Assembly: GCA_002633005.1 (NCBI GenBank)
Contig: NMRA01000144.1
Span: forward strand, 1-64,000
Origin: Phoronis australis
Lineage: Eukaryota > Animalia > Phoronida
DNA length: 64,000 nucleotides
Reading direction: 5' to 3'
This document shows, one piece after another, positions 1-13,400 of this stretch. Each line of letters opens with the position of its first letter. The first letter of the stretch is position 1. The notes below the pieces were generated by a model. It saw only the letters and a list, made by a program, of their open reading frames with translations, searched no databases and had not been told where the DNA came from. The position numbers and the translations under genes are program-made.

Positions 1-413
1 GCCCAAAGCTCAGTGTAGATATAGGCCTACAGGTTTAAGCCGATATGAGTAAAAAATGTACAAATAAAATCTGACTCAAATAAATGTCATTAAAACTAAG
101 TCATCCTTGAGTAAACCTAGGAACCAGGTTCCTAGAGTAAACTAACTTCTGTATTTACCGGTGTTGGTAATGTTAGCGATCGTTCATCGGCTGCTGCTAG
201 TAAAATTGCAATGTGTTCTCTCGAGTCGGGTTTTTGCGATTACGTCACCTGACCTTTACCAGTTTCTTTTCCCCCTGATTCTTTTATCAAGTGTTCGTCG
301 CTGACGGTACCTAGGTTGCCTACATGATATAACAAATTATCGGAGATTGTTTTATTTTGTTTCAAGTTTTTAGTATTTTTACACCAGCAAACCGAATTTT
401 AGAACAACCTTGG

Positions 414-723
414 TGCTGCGAAGCTGTTACCCGAATGTCCCGAAAGACGTCTCAAATTTTTATGAAATGGCGCGTGCGCCGTGTCACGAGCGTGCTGCTC
501 TTGAAACGGACGACACACTTCTTTGTTAAAAAGGCGGCAAATTATGCTACCAAATGACATTTATTTGATGTGCTGCGAAGCTGTTATCATGTCCCGAAAG
601 ACGTCTCAAATTTTTATGAAATGGCGCGTGCGCCGTGTCACGAGCCTGCTGTTCTTGAAACGGACGGCACACTTCTTTGTTAAAAAGGCGGCAAATTATG
701 CTACCAAATGACGTTTATTTGAT
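414..723. repeat. Tandem duplication, two ~155-bp units (414-570, 571-723)
   Basis: TGCTGCGAAGCTGTTA...TGCTACCAAATGAC.TTTATTTGAT occurs twice head-to-tail with few differences. This explains the near-identical short ORFs 357-557 and 523-711. Confidence 0.92.
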
Positions 724-1541
724 TGTTTTCCACTTAAACAGCTGCAACGAACAATGGGAGTGTCGGGTCACGGGTGACTATACCAGATTTTGCAAGCGCC
801 CCCGCCGGTCCGTTAGCTTTATATGTTGATGTAGCCAAAGTTTTACGACGAGGTGACGAGCATAACTGAGTCAACTATACCCGGGTAGTCAACGGCTGTC
901 TGACATTTCGGGGTTAACGGAGCTCAACACACATTGGTACGATAGTCTTCATACAGCTACAATCGGTAACTTACCAACCCTTCAAGTTTACAGAGCTGCC
1001 GGAGTATTGGCTGACAGCTGGCTGACTGGATGGCTAGAGTCCACGTTGCCCTCGGCACAGTCACTGAAACCAGTTGCACTGGCCAATTTTCGTCTGACGA
1101 TGACGATGACTGGGTATCACTTTGTGTTGCCTCGGCTCAAACAGGTATCCCTTGTGACCCGAAATTTCACACTAAAATTTCTTATTCCGACAATATGAAA
1201 AACGCTACTTGATTGCACGCTAACACACGACAGTGACTTTGCCCCCGCCAAATACGTCACGAGACTAAGCAGCGCTCCAAGCCGGTAATTTTTTTAGCTT
1301 CGTTAGAGATATAAGTTTAATTTTTGGTGTTGAATTATTTGTGAAATTAATCAACAATTCATAGAAAACTATTACCAATAAACAACCCTAGAAGTATACC
1401 GTATACGGTGCAATTGTGGGCGCATTTCAACGCTCTGCGTTGCTCTTGTTCTGATACTTTCTCTCCTTCAAAGCCTACAAACTCGGGAGGGATTGGAAGT
1501 GACAGCTCATGTGGGCCCGTTGCACTGATCACCTAGAACCA

Positions 1542-1900
1542 TTTTTATGCGCACAGATATTTGTAGACGCATTATGCCGTCATCCACGTCCGTCCGTATC
1601 TTCAAAGGTCCTCAACGGATTGTTGTGAAATTTGGAACATAGGCATCTATTGGTGAAATGACGCAATCCTTCCGTTTTCGAATAGACTCAAGGTGTTTTG
1701 TGCTACCTTGTGGCCATTTTTGCAGTTTTCAAGTCTGTTTTTGGCGTCCGCCCCTCTATCAACCAAACCATTTTAAGGATGATTTTGAAAATTTGCGTAA
1801 TATTCTCAGTGTGAAGACAACAGTTGACGATGACAACTTTGACCACTGTGTCACCTCCTAGTGACAATTTTGTTTTGTTTTGCGCCCATAGCTGTTTCTG
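1542..1900 (+). mobile_element. Helentron/DINE-1-like non-autonomous element fragment
   Basis: Starts TTTTTATGC, followed by a CGTCCGTCCGT microsatellite and a GGATTGTTGTGAAATTTGG core, with a diverged second core near 1775-1800. This layout is typical of Helentron-associated interspersed elements. The 3' end is unclear (N at 1912). Confidence 0.45.
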
Positions 1901-3918
1901 CTAAACCCACTNAACGTCTTTAGAGATTGTGAAGCGTGTCCGTATTTTTTCTAGCCGTTCGGGGAACAACACGGACTGAAACACAGACTTCTATGCCGAT
2001 AAGCTAACAGAGCTATCATAGCGAGCCTCGTTTTGGAACGCGCCTCCTGTCGGCGTGAATAGGGTCTATGGCCTCCTCGCTTTGGATCCATGCTTAACTC
2101 TGTCTCATCTCAGAAAATGTAGCTGGGAGTCACCGACGTGTATATGTACATGTATAAAGCCGATCTGTCCTCACCCTAGCCACTTCAACAGGAAAATATG
2201 CGATGGAAGCTCAAGTGGATAATGTCAACAGAATGCGAACTCAAGACTGTGCCCTGCACTATAGATTGAGACCAAACTTCGTACAGATTGTCCTCTACAA
2301 CAAAAAGACAGTTATTGATAGAGTTTCGAGAATATAAATCACAGGAACATAACATTTGGAAATGTAGTAAGTAAACCTAGTGTGAATTTTGTAGTTTTAA
2401 TGCTACTAAGTCCTCAAGTGGAACTTACGACGTGTATTTTGAGTTAATTTTCCTGTACCCATGTGCGCGTTTTTCTTTAACAACTGAATTTCTTGACAAC
2501 AAATTGTTGAATAGTTGTTGCTGCTGCCGTACAGGGTCGACGCCAATTTTTGCGAAAGATCATCAGAGGTACACCGTTCTAGAAATTTGAACCACTCGTC
2601 GCGTAATCCTGGCTACAGCCGGGCCTAAATGGTAATTGTTTCTACCTTGTCTTGACGTTTGCGTCCACACTACGACTCTTCAATACGTCGCAACAGTGGT
2701 TACACATGTTTCTTTACCCCAGAGCAAGAAGCGTCCAAAGTATCATGGCACCTAGCGGCAAATTGTTGCAGGAGTAACATGTTTTGGGGCAACTCAAAGT
2801 ATGGACGGCGCTTTAGAAATGAAATACATTACCTGCTGAAATTATAAACAGCATACGGGCAGCTCCTAAAGGCGCCAAAAACGGCAAATACAGTCCTATT
2901 GTAGTGCAAAAACTGTGTTTTCTTGCATGGTGTAATTCCTAGAGAAAAATCGAATATCCGTGCCACATTATTAAATTGTTGCTAGATGACTATATAGAAC
3001 CATTTTGTAGTCATACAGCGACACCTATAATATATATAGTCCACACATTGTTTGGATGGAAATTCCAAGCAATGAGATTTTAAAACGTTTTAGTCCTTGC
3101 CGGTCATGAGTTGCCATCAAATTACAACTTTTGTGTATCGAGATATCTCGCGTAAAATGTATTCGTCGCAAAACGTCGGGGTGGGAGAGAAATAAGTATC
3201 CGTTTAGTGTTGATAGTGCATAACCAACTTGTCCACCACACCTTGAGATTGGATACACCAGAGGTCGCTTTCTCAAGTAATCTTTTAAAAAGAAATTTTG
3301 AATGTTTTACCTTCACAGATCTAGCGGAGCTTACATAGTTTATAAAATAATGACTCTGTTTTATTCACAAGACTATCACAAATACTGGCAACCCCAAAAT
3401 ACAGAAATCTACCGTTACATAACACTAGCTAAAATCGACAATAGACAATCCTTTTTAAATGTTCTGATGTGCGTACGTGTCCCAAATTAAAATTAGTTCC
3501 ATTCAGCTGTTCCAGTCAACTGAGAAAAAGGGAGAATTCGTCAGCTCACCACCTGATAGGGGTGATTGTAGAAAATGTAGAATTATCGGCAAATGTTATG
3601 CACGGACTACATAAATCGAAACAAGGCGCAATGAAAAACACACGTGTCCTCGCCTGGTAAATTGGACATTTCAACTAACAAAAGAAAGTTTCGATTTTCG
3701 AAAGAAAGCCAGCTTGTGTTCCACTAAGTCTTTCCTTTAGCCGCGTGTGTAATCATTTACATACGGGTTACGTGCCTAGTCAAACCACGTGACTGGACTC
3801 TGACGAGGCTTTTACTTCCTCTTCCTCTCACATGAAAATCAATACGTTCCTGAACATTACACTATCGGAAATTTATTCGATAAAACTAGTGCCTTTGTTG
3901 TTGACACGCGGATGTAAA

Positions 3919-4210
3919 CTCTCTCTCTCTCTCTCTCTCTCTCNNNNNNNNNNNNNNNNNNNNNNNNNNNNNNNNNNNNNNNNNNNNNNNNNNNNNNNNN
4001 NNNNNNNNNNNNNNNNNNNNNNNNNNNNNNNNNNNNNNNNNNNNNNNNNNNNNNNNNNNNNNNNNNNNNNNNNNNNNNNNNNNNNNNNNNNNNNNNNNNN
4101 NNNNNNNNNNNNNNNNNNNNNNNNNNNNNNNNNNNNNNNNNNNNNNNNNNNNNNNNNNNNNNNNNNNNNNNNNNNNNNNNNNNNCTCCCTCTCCCTCTCC
4201 CTCTCCCTCT
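3919..4210. repeat. (CT)n/(CTCCCT)n microsatellite flanking a 241-N assembly gap (3944-4184)
   Basis: Seen directly in the sequence. Confidence 0.97.
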
Positions 4211-5774
4211 GTGGAGATGAATATGCCGGCAATAATTTGGTCACATTTTTTGGCCTTACAAAATCAATGGAGCGCAGACATTTGATTAGAAAATTGCATA
4301 GATTTGAGCTTCACGTACACGTTCTAACCCGGACACTCTGTGCAAACAGTGACTTCCAAAAGGGTCGATCATGAGAAAAAGTAAAACAAAATAAAATACA
4401 CAGATCCCTAGAATATTCACAATAAAGATAAAATGCTAAAATTATCGCAGACATTCTTGGTTATTTCACAGTGTCACGAGGCTATAATTGGTCAATATAC
4501 TATACATAATTACAATGTATGTTCCTATGTACATGTACATGTATGTGAACGACGATGATGAATATCGGAGCCGTGCAACGATGGACCTGTTGTGTTAAAA
4601 TATTATAAATAGTTAACGTGGGGTTTCCATTGTTTTATTTAATTGACTCATATCTCTGAAATTAATCTATAAATCATAAATGAGTCACACCATTACGGTA
4701 GTCCATCATTAATGGATCCTTCTTTTGTGACCCCGTCTGTCTTTATCTAATTGCAACAATATTATTTTACCTCGGGGTGTTACGACTAAAGCATAGGCTT
4801 TGAATACGCGCTTTCGTCTCTGCTGAAGCATGCATCATCCAATTGACTCTCGTAGTGTGAAACAGGGTTACTTTTATCTTCTCTACGCAGCACTTCTTGC
4901 TTTTCGCTAAATTCAGCTCACGTTTGCACACTGGTCAGATCTTTTATAATAGTTCCTGGGGGAGATAAACTCGATTAGACACTGACACTGTTGATCGAGA
5001 ATTATTAGATTTGTCTACAAACAATTAGCAGGAGATCACCTTACAAGCTAACAACTGCCTCGAGATAAAACTCTTCCTGTATTGACTGAGCTTGAAAGAA
5101 AACGTTACTCAAGCAAATTTTGGTTCACCGGATGTTTTACCAAGAGTCTATGATTGAGACAACATTTACAAGTGCAATGTACTTCACTCTACTGTCAGAT
5201 ATGTTGACCAAATATTCTATCACTAACTGAGTTCTATGAAATGCATTGAATGTGCATTTGCGTGCTTGATGTCGGCAAAATGCGAGTATACTAATGTTAG
5301 TTTAAATCTCTCAAACAGACCAGGGTCATGCAGCAGAGCTACTCACCCTTTCGGACAGTTGCAGACTACGTACAAGGAGTACATGAAATTGATGTCGCTA
5401 AGTTTTTTTTGCAACCCCATTTCGCTACTAGATTAGGGTAAAATTAAACATAAGTCGCATTATCGCAAAACTTGTAAATACTGATATCTAGATTTCAACA
5501 GATATTATCAGACCAGTTTAAAAGTTATGATATCTTAACTATGAATACCGAAAGCTTCGCCATATGCCTACAACTCAACAACATAAAAGCACTGCTTAAA
5601 CTGACCTGGAAATTTCAACATATCGCCTGTCAGTTTTCTACGATGCAGGTGGACAGGTACAGGTGTTCCAGTACCATTGCTAATGTTAATGATGTTTTCG
5701 TACAATATCATGTTCATTAAATACAGGGTATAACTCCTGCAACATTTTATCTGTTCATTGTAAAAGTAACGCGC

Positions 5775-6275
5775 GTGGTGGTGTTGGTGGTGGTGATGGT
5801 GGTGGTGGTGGCGGTGGAGTCTGATGAAGATGATGACCGATGACCGATGATGGCGGATGACGATTGTGATAGATATTAGTCCAAGGTGATGATTATGGTG
5901 GTGGTGGTGGTGGTGATGGCGATGGTAATATATATGACGATGATGATGATGATGGTGGTGATGATAATGATGATGATGATGAGGAGGAGGATGACGATGA
6001 CGACGATGATTGATGATAGTGACGCTTGTTTGAAACGATGAAGACGATGCTGATTATGATGATGATGATGATGATGATGATGACGACGGTGGTTAGAATG
6101 GCGATGGTGACAATAATAATGCATGTTGATAGGGACTATGCTGATGATGATGATGATTCATAACGATGTCGGTGGGTGACAATGATGATGAATATAACTT
6201 TGATAATGATGGTGACGGCTGAGATGACGAAAGACATCTTAGACGGTGTGCTGATGATGATAACGAAGACGACAA
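5775..6275. repeat. Low-complexity (GAT/GGT/GAC)n trinucleotide tract
   Basis: Degenerate GATGAT/GGTGGT runs. The overlapping poly-His/Ile/Ser ORFs are by-products. Confidence 0.92.
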
Positions 6276-6649
6276 CTTTAAGGTCAATAGCTTTGATCTG
6301 TCACTTTTGGGTGTCTTTATGTTGACTCGGAGTCCTTTCCGTGGACATACATATAATTCACTTGTGAGTTAGTCTAGCTTGATCACCTACTTTGACTGTA
6401 ATGTGTTACAATATCTTGTGCCTAATTTTCTTTTTAGCAAGCGTCTCAGAAACGCTGTCCTTGGCATACTGGCCGGTACAGCTACAGTGTATAAACAAAA
6501 GATTTCCCTACGGGAATGCTTAGTTTGCAGAATTAATTGCACAGTGGCTCATGCCAACAAAAAATTTATGCAAAGGGCAAATACATTTCTATTACAATGT
6601 GGCTTCTTGCTTTCGAAAAATAAGTATGCACACCAATAGTAAACAAACA

Positions 6650-7060
6650 ACGAGGTGAGAACATCTTTCATGAACAGAATCTGCAAAAATACCCCACTTT
6701 GAATCCTACACGATAAGTGAAGTCTTTGAAAACTTCCTCCATAAAGCGCCCCTTTCTACTCGAAATTCACCTCTTTAAATCCAATACAACACGTGAGGTC
6801 GCAAAGAACATATCTCATAATAAAAGTTGTTTTCTTTACAATTCAACCCTTTGAATTCGACACGATACGTGAAGTCAACCACCACAAACTGCATTTTCTT
6901 AAAGATAACGTCGCTTAGAGCATATCTCTTAGACAGTCTTCTTCTACAAAGTTAAAGAATTTTGAATCCGACACGATAAGTGGTGTCGCTAAGAATTTAT
7001 CTCACGAACAGCCTTTTCCACAAAAACACTTCACTTTGAATCTAACGCCATAAGTGATGA
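6650..7060. repeat. Degenerate minisatellite, ~75-bp period
   Basis: A TTTGAATCCGACACGATAAGTGA-like motif recurs at about 6698, 6775, 6850, 6961 and 7035. The intervening sequences also resemble each other (AGAACATATCTC...TTCT.CAAA). Confidence 0.7.
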
Positions 7061-7379
7061 CTGGTAACATAGACTATAGAAAACAGATTTGCAACAATCG
7101 ACATTTTCTTGGGAAACATCCTAGAGGAGGCGCCACCCTCTAAACATAGCAATTTCAGTTTCTGGTTAGTGTGTTGTGACGGGAAATCCTTCCATCTATT
7201 TTACTGTCTTGTACAACGAAGAAATAACGATTTCGGCATTGAAACGTTGTTCAAGGTCTTCCAACAGTTTTGAGCGGCAACGACGCGCATTTGAGCTTCA
7301 ACTGAAACGTCAAGTAAACAACTGCTGAAGTACGAGATTGGTTTTTGAGTAGGCCTGGTAATAATCTCTGGAGTATTAA

Positions 7380-8090
7380 TATGAACTTTATTTCAGACAT
7401 TAACGTTTCACGAGCGTTCAATTTATTTAAACACGGATGTGAGTTGGGCAAAATCGCCGATACAAATCCTGACGAAATGACCAGGATTAACAGACGACGT
7501 AATGCCGGAAGTAATGTGTGTTATAACTGCCAGGTGTCGCTTGTGAATACTGACGTTAAGACTTATGCGTTAGATCTCAGATTTCGTCCATTGAAAATAT
7601 ACGGAATTGGCGGTCCATGTACTATAGTCTNATATGCAGGGGTAACCCCCCGGACATTTAATGACTCAATAACCGCAGTCCAACCGAGTCCAACCTAGGC
7701 CAGTCTTAGGGTGAGTCACAACCCAACCGAGTTCAGAACGCGTCCGGGCGAAGCCTGACCTCACTCCGGTTGAAGGTCACCCGAGGCCTGACTGAGGCTG
7801 AAGTTCGTTCGATAGGACGTTGGATTCGATCAGCACTGTATGAACTTTATTTCAGACATTAACGTTTCACGAGCGTTCAATTTATTTAAACACGGATGTG
7901 AATTGGGGAAAATCGCCGATACAAATCCTGACGAAATGACCGGGATTAACAGACGACGTAATGCCGGAAGTAATGCGTGTTATAACTGCCAGGTGTCGCT
8001 TGTGAATAATGACGTCAAGACTTATGCGTTAGATCTCAGATTTCGTCCATTGAAAATATACGGAATTGGCGGTCCATGTACTATAGTCTA
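7380..8090. repeat. Near-identical ~250-bp direct duplication (7380-7630 and 7839-8090)
   Basis: ATGAACTTTATTTCAGAC...CTATAGTCT is repeated with about 6 substitutions. The first copy ends exactly at the N at 7631. Confidence 0.92.
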
Positions 8091-9756
8091 TGCTGGCAAC
8101 ATCATTCTTATACGTTTTTGTGATCAAAACAAAGGCAAATACCGTGCTTATGATCTGCACGCTCAGCGTGCACACGCTAAAGACCACGTAATAGACGTGT
8201 TTTGTGATATATAGGAAGGTTTAGCATGACGTCATTTTGACGTCATTACGACGTTTTGGACCAAATGTCTCTTCTTGTTCCCAGGTCCAAATTACGTCAT
8301 CTACTACCATGAAACCTCATCACTAAACATCCGAATTCGCTTGTTTAGTATGACGTCAATTTGACGTTTGCACCCAGTCAATTAAAACTAAAATGGAAAA
8401 ATTAAAATCAATAGTAATAATAATAGTAATAATTAGGCTAAATTTACTTAGCTATGTATATTGCTAATCAGATCAGAAATTAACGCGTAGCTATGGACAT
8501 TGTCAATCTTAATCCTTCTCAACTCCTGAACTATTGAAAGCATGCCCATTTATGGTACCACCGTTGTGAGAGCATACCAATTAAACATATATAAACACTT
8601 GGTTTGTAATGAATTGCTCACATGATTACCTACATGTAAATCGGAAACAAATACAAGACCTGCAAAATGCTTAACAATGAAAACCTGACTTCGCATTTCT
8701 GTTCCTATCTGCGGATCCAAATTGCGTCTTAACAGTGGCAGACGTCATCAGTATACACCTTTATTCTAGCCTGGACAACAACAAACGCCAAGGGCGAAAA
8801 TGTATGCCGTGGCATCGACACACATACATGTATTGCCGTTTGTCAACAATATGTGCAATGGACATCGATACACAATGTCGCTCCCCAGTGTGTTGAAAGG
8901 GAGTCTGCTTACCAAGCTTTTGGCAATTAGGCGGATCCAGAGCCTGAGAGAGGCCCGGAAATTTCAAAAAACGCAACGAGGCCGGAACAAGTTGGACGAA
9001 GGAATGATTCGGGAGTTTATGATTGGCGTCGGACGCCAGCCTCGTTTGTGATAGCGTTAATTTTACGAAACGTTAATATTTGGGATATCAAAGAAATGAC
9101 TTAATGCCTCCAACATTCGATAGCTAGTAACTGTTCGAACTCTTTATCTTGATCCAGTATTCTTGAAACATGCAACTCGTCTACATTTACCGGAAGAGTC
9201 CTTCGTCCTAGGCCTTCATGCAGTATCGCGTAGGTCTTCATGTACATGTACACTGTCATGCACTTTTGGTATAGATGAGCGCATTTACATGTAGATGCGA
9301 CATGCCACCACAATATGGTCGATCTACACTGTATGCACCGGATACGAGAATACATGTATGCCGTGAACGCCTTTGTTAAGGACACAGATATTGTCACACT
9401 CAGCACTTGTACATGTACATAGCACGTGACTTGTGTGATTTATGCTTTAATGTCATTTAAAAATAAACTTGGCTTCAGAATCTGAATGAAATAAAAAGGC
9501 TCAAAAGACTTTCGAGTTCGGGCTGGTGGCGCTGGGGTAAAATAGTAACTTGCAAACAAGAGGGTAACCGGATCAAATCATGATGAGGGCTGCATTACTT
9601 TGCAAAAAGGTTTTTAAAAGGAACTCAAATCCCGTTACCATAGCAATTGTTGTATATGAAGGCATAAGCGGTCAATATAGCTAACTGATAAATCCGAAAG
9701 GTGAGTTTTAACGTCATAATCTGTCCAAATCATCCAAAAATTTAGGCTAAGTTCAA

Positions 9757-10443
9757 TGTATCTAAACTACACGGTTAACAGATTGCTAAACATGGTGTCG
9801 GGCGCAAAAACACTACTCACGTACCTGCAAACACCGTTCACTAACTCTCATACACGGATTCGGACTCAAAAGTCACACAAACCGCCAAACACGGTTTACG
9901 GATAAAAATGTAGAAATCGTCCTCAACAACGGTGTAATGGGTTCGAGATTAAATATAATTTGGATCATATATTTTGTCTATATTGTGATGTAATTGTTTT
10001 GAATTAGAAAAAGTAAACATATTTATTTAAACTGCTTATTTGTTCAACACTTTATTGGAGTCCAAATTCTTTATGTGACATCAATTCTCAATTCTGACAA
10101 TGATAGTAGCGACTTCCGTTATGTTCTGCTCTCTTTTCAAAATGACATGGGCCTTTCAGATTCCATAAAAAGAGCCTCTGTTTCAATACTCTTTCTGCGT
10201 AGTAACAATCACTGTTTTGTGCTACTTACCCGAGAAGCCGAATGAGTCCATGACCGCGTATTTGGCATGCTTTGTAGGAGTGAACTGTGTTTGGCGGTCC
10301 GTTTGTCGTGTTTGTGAATCCGTGACCGTGTAAAGGGTGAATGAATCGTGTATCAGTGTAGGGAGTCAGTGAGCGGTGCTTGCAGATACGTGAGTGGTGT
10401 TTTCGCGTGTTTAGCAGTCAGTTAACCGTGTAGTTTAGGTACA
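9757..10443. mobile_element. Non-autonomous DNA transposon with ~140-bp imperfect terminal inverted repeats
   Basis: Left TGTATCTAAACTACACGGTTAACAGATTGCTAAACA...ACCGCCAAACAC matches the reverse complement of GTGTTTGGCGGT...TGTTTAGCAGTCAGTTAACCGTGTAGTTTAGGTACA. No internal ORF. Confidence 0.8.
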
Positions 10444-13400
10444 AATTAAGTTGATGAACTCCCGATTATGCTTCTCGTCTATTCTCATTGATTGGTCAAA
10501 ATTCGTTACCCTAACCGAAACGCGGTCAATAGCAAACAAATGCTTCATTGTGAGTGATGAAAAAATTACAAATAAACCCGAACGGTTGAGCACATTTTAT
10601 TTCATTTTATGATTTAAAAATCTGGCTGCAATGTGAAAATCCAACGCGCCGTTCTCATGCTATATTGAATCAGGAGCAATTGCATTTAGACAGCTGCTGG
10701 TTCGTGCGCGCTATACGTTTATCAATGAATAATTTCCAGTCACTCAACTCGTGTCAATATCGCAATGCAAATAATCCCAGCTATATTGTGCAGATCGAGT
10801 ATACGTACATATGTAGTTGATTACCAGTCATATTTGCACAGTTGAAAACTCAGCATACAATTTAGAAAAAAAGTACTCGTATCCATCAGAACTACAACGG
10901 ATTCGAATTAGTAATGGTCTCCGATCAGGTTCTTCTTGCCTGCTAATAATTTTAATAATGCATTGACATACCAAAACCTCTCTGGGCATTAGAAATATAT
11001 TGTGCAGTGTCATAGTCACGGAAATTACTGGGTGCGTGAATTTTCTCTTCTTGCTAATGTAGCAAAAGAAAGCTTTCAGAAAGGAGATGGGTATCTAAAA
11101 GGGAGGACATAATGAGGTACATGCGCACTGTAATAGATGAGAAATCGTTTCTGGATGGTAAATAAAGATGTCTATTGGCTGGTATGAGTCTATAATCAAT
11201 GTCTTGCTTTGCTTTACAGGACACTGCAATTTGTTTTGGGAACGCATGCAAACCACTTCCTGATTCGTAAAGTAGGGTTACTGGCGGGCTGACGGATTTC
11301 AGAAATTATTGGAATACACGGCAGTATTATTATGAACGCGCCGATAAATTAGCAACTCATGAAATACTGACTTTTAAAGAGTTCGTAGTTGTGAAACCTT
11401 TGCACCGGGATAGCAGCGAAGGATTCACCAAGTTCCATTACAAGTAAGCTCAATAACAGAAGAAACTTGTCCACATGCTTATGAGCTGATGCATATTATA
11501 ACCGAAAACATGTTACACGTGGGCCTATGGATTTGTAATTGAACTTAAAATTGATATTTCCCTTTTATTTCATGGTCCAATCTTTTTAACCACTCAAATG
11601 AATCATAAACGACATGTTGCATAATGCAATTACCGTTCTTACAACACAGACACTACAAGCGGGTGTGCATTTTACCATTGGGCACCAGGAGAGGCCAAAA
11701 AGTACCTATTTTCAAACGGACGCCCTGCGGTGAATTTTCAATAAAAAATTCGCTGTTATAGAACAGGTAAGTAAGATTCATCATGATCGTACATCAAACG
11801 ACGACCATGTCAGTTATAGTAGATTTGTGTAATGATAACTCTCAAGAGATTTGTTGAAAATTGTGTCATCAATGCAACCCTTCCATGTGTTAATTAGACA
11901 AAGTAATCAATAACTACACGAACATATAAATAAGTTTGTATGTGTTTGTCCAATTTTCGTATCGATTGCATATCATTGCTGACTTTTAAGAGGCGGCAAT
12001 AGACCGTGTCCCTAAAGTCGATCACCGTGTTTAAATGCTGTGAATAATAGAAAACAAAAAAATATGCCTTTAGGCCTTGACAAAGGAACAGAGTACATAT
12101 GGCTTGTGAAATTTTAATGTGTCGTTTAGGGAGGCGAGAAACAATGGCTTAAATAATGTTTTTTGTTCTTTAATAACGCAGGTGATTATCATTGTAAGCA
12201 TTCGTTGTTTACCTGCATTTAAATGTATTCATTTGGATGTTGAAGCAATAGATTTTTATTAGAAAGTAACCGAAATGAAAGATGAGTTTAAAGAACGGTA
12301 GAGCCTTGCGTTTGCTAGACTACTTCTAGCGTCCTTAAACGATTACTTTCTCTGATGGTCTGTGTTGACACAAGTTTTGCGATCTTTCATTCGGAAGATG
12401 TTACACAAGCAGAGAGTTAAATATCTAAACGAAATCATCTCAGTCAATTCAAAATTTTAGTTCATGTTTCTAGAATACGTGCACGGACAAACTTGTCTGG
12501 TTCTATTCAGAAAGGAAGCTATGAATGTTTTTGGATCGAAAGGTATTCACTAAATTTTTCGAAGCGGAATAAGTGATGCATAATGATAAGACTTCAGCGA
12601 TTTTTCTTTATTTTTCGACAGCAACAGTCATCTAAACAAAATCTGTGTCCAAAGCATAGAATAATTGATGACAACTGAGTGAAAGAAAAAAAATGGAGCT
12701 GTTGCAAAATTGATGTGATTCTTATGGGACGCTCAATCTAACCGGTCGCATCACTTTTATCAACTACTTGACCAAGGTTTTGAAGAAAATATGCAAATAG
12801 GTTTTGTTTACGTCATTTCAATACGCACCATTAATAAAACACGTTTTTGGAAAGGTTTTATAACCTATTGCTAAAGAATACCAAGACAATTGTGACCTTG
12901 GAAACTAAATCTATAACACATTGATGTCTAAATTCAGGTTTCTGTTTACCCATTCTGTTCACAATACAAGTGGAACGTTCTAGATAGTTTAATTTACTTG
13001 CCAGTTGTTTTGAAGCCGGCGGCCGCCGGACTATTGGCTTGAGCATAAACCGAAAAATTCTGTGTCAAAACAAAGCCACAATGACCATGCGCCGCTGTTG
13101 CCATGCACTCGCTATTGTAAAAGGAATTTACGTGTTATTATATACACTCATTGGGTGCAATTGGAAAATTGGATTACTTATTAATCTGTATCAACGCACA
13201 TGAAGCTGTTAAAAGTGACGTCAGGTCGATGAATCCTCAACGAATAAACATTTAAAAATATCAAAGCCTTGTCGATTTGACCAGAAATGAATACGGTCTC
13301 ATGACGTCATATAACGTTCCTATTCTGGAACTTTGGTGGAGAACTGTAAATTTCTGCATATGTAATCTGGTTAAGCGACTTTGCTGATCGAGGCATTCAA

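Noticed and set aside
3832-4374. 180-aa and 123-aa ORFs
   Set aside because: Open only because they cross the N gap and (CT)n tract.
5876-6287. Poly-His / poly-Ser ORFs
   Set aside because: Trinucleotide low-complexity DNA with no splice or domain support.
6650-7060. CRISPR-like repeat-spacer appearance
   Set aside because: Cores are degenerate, linkers resemble each other, there are no cas genes and the context is eukaryotic.
7345-8214. Paired 117/124-aa ORFs as a duplicated gene
   Set aside because: Their similarity just reflects the DNA duplication. No recognisable domain, and the first crosses an N.
8227-8358. Cluster of TGACGTCA (CRE) palindromes
   Set aside because: No nearby gene start. 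Such motifs are common inside invertebrate transposon remnants.
9521-9592. tRNA-like stretch with A/B-box-like motifs
   Set aside because: I could not fold a cloverleaf. At most a decayed SINE head, with no second copy here.
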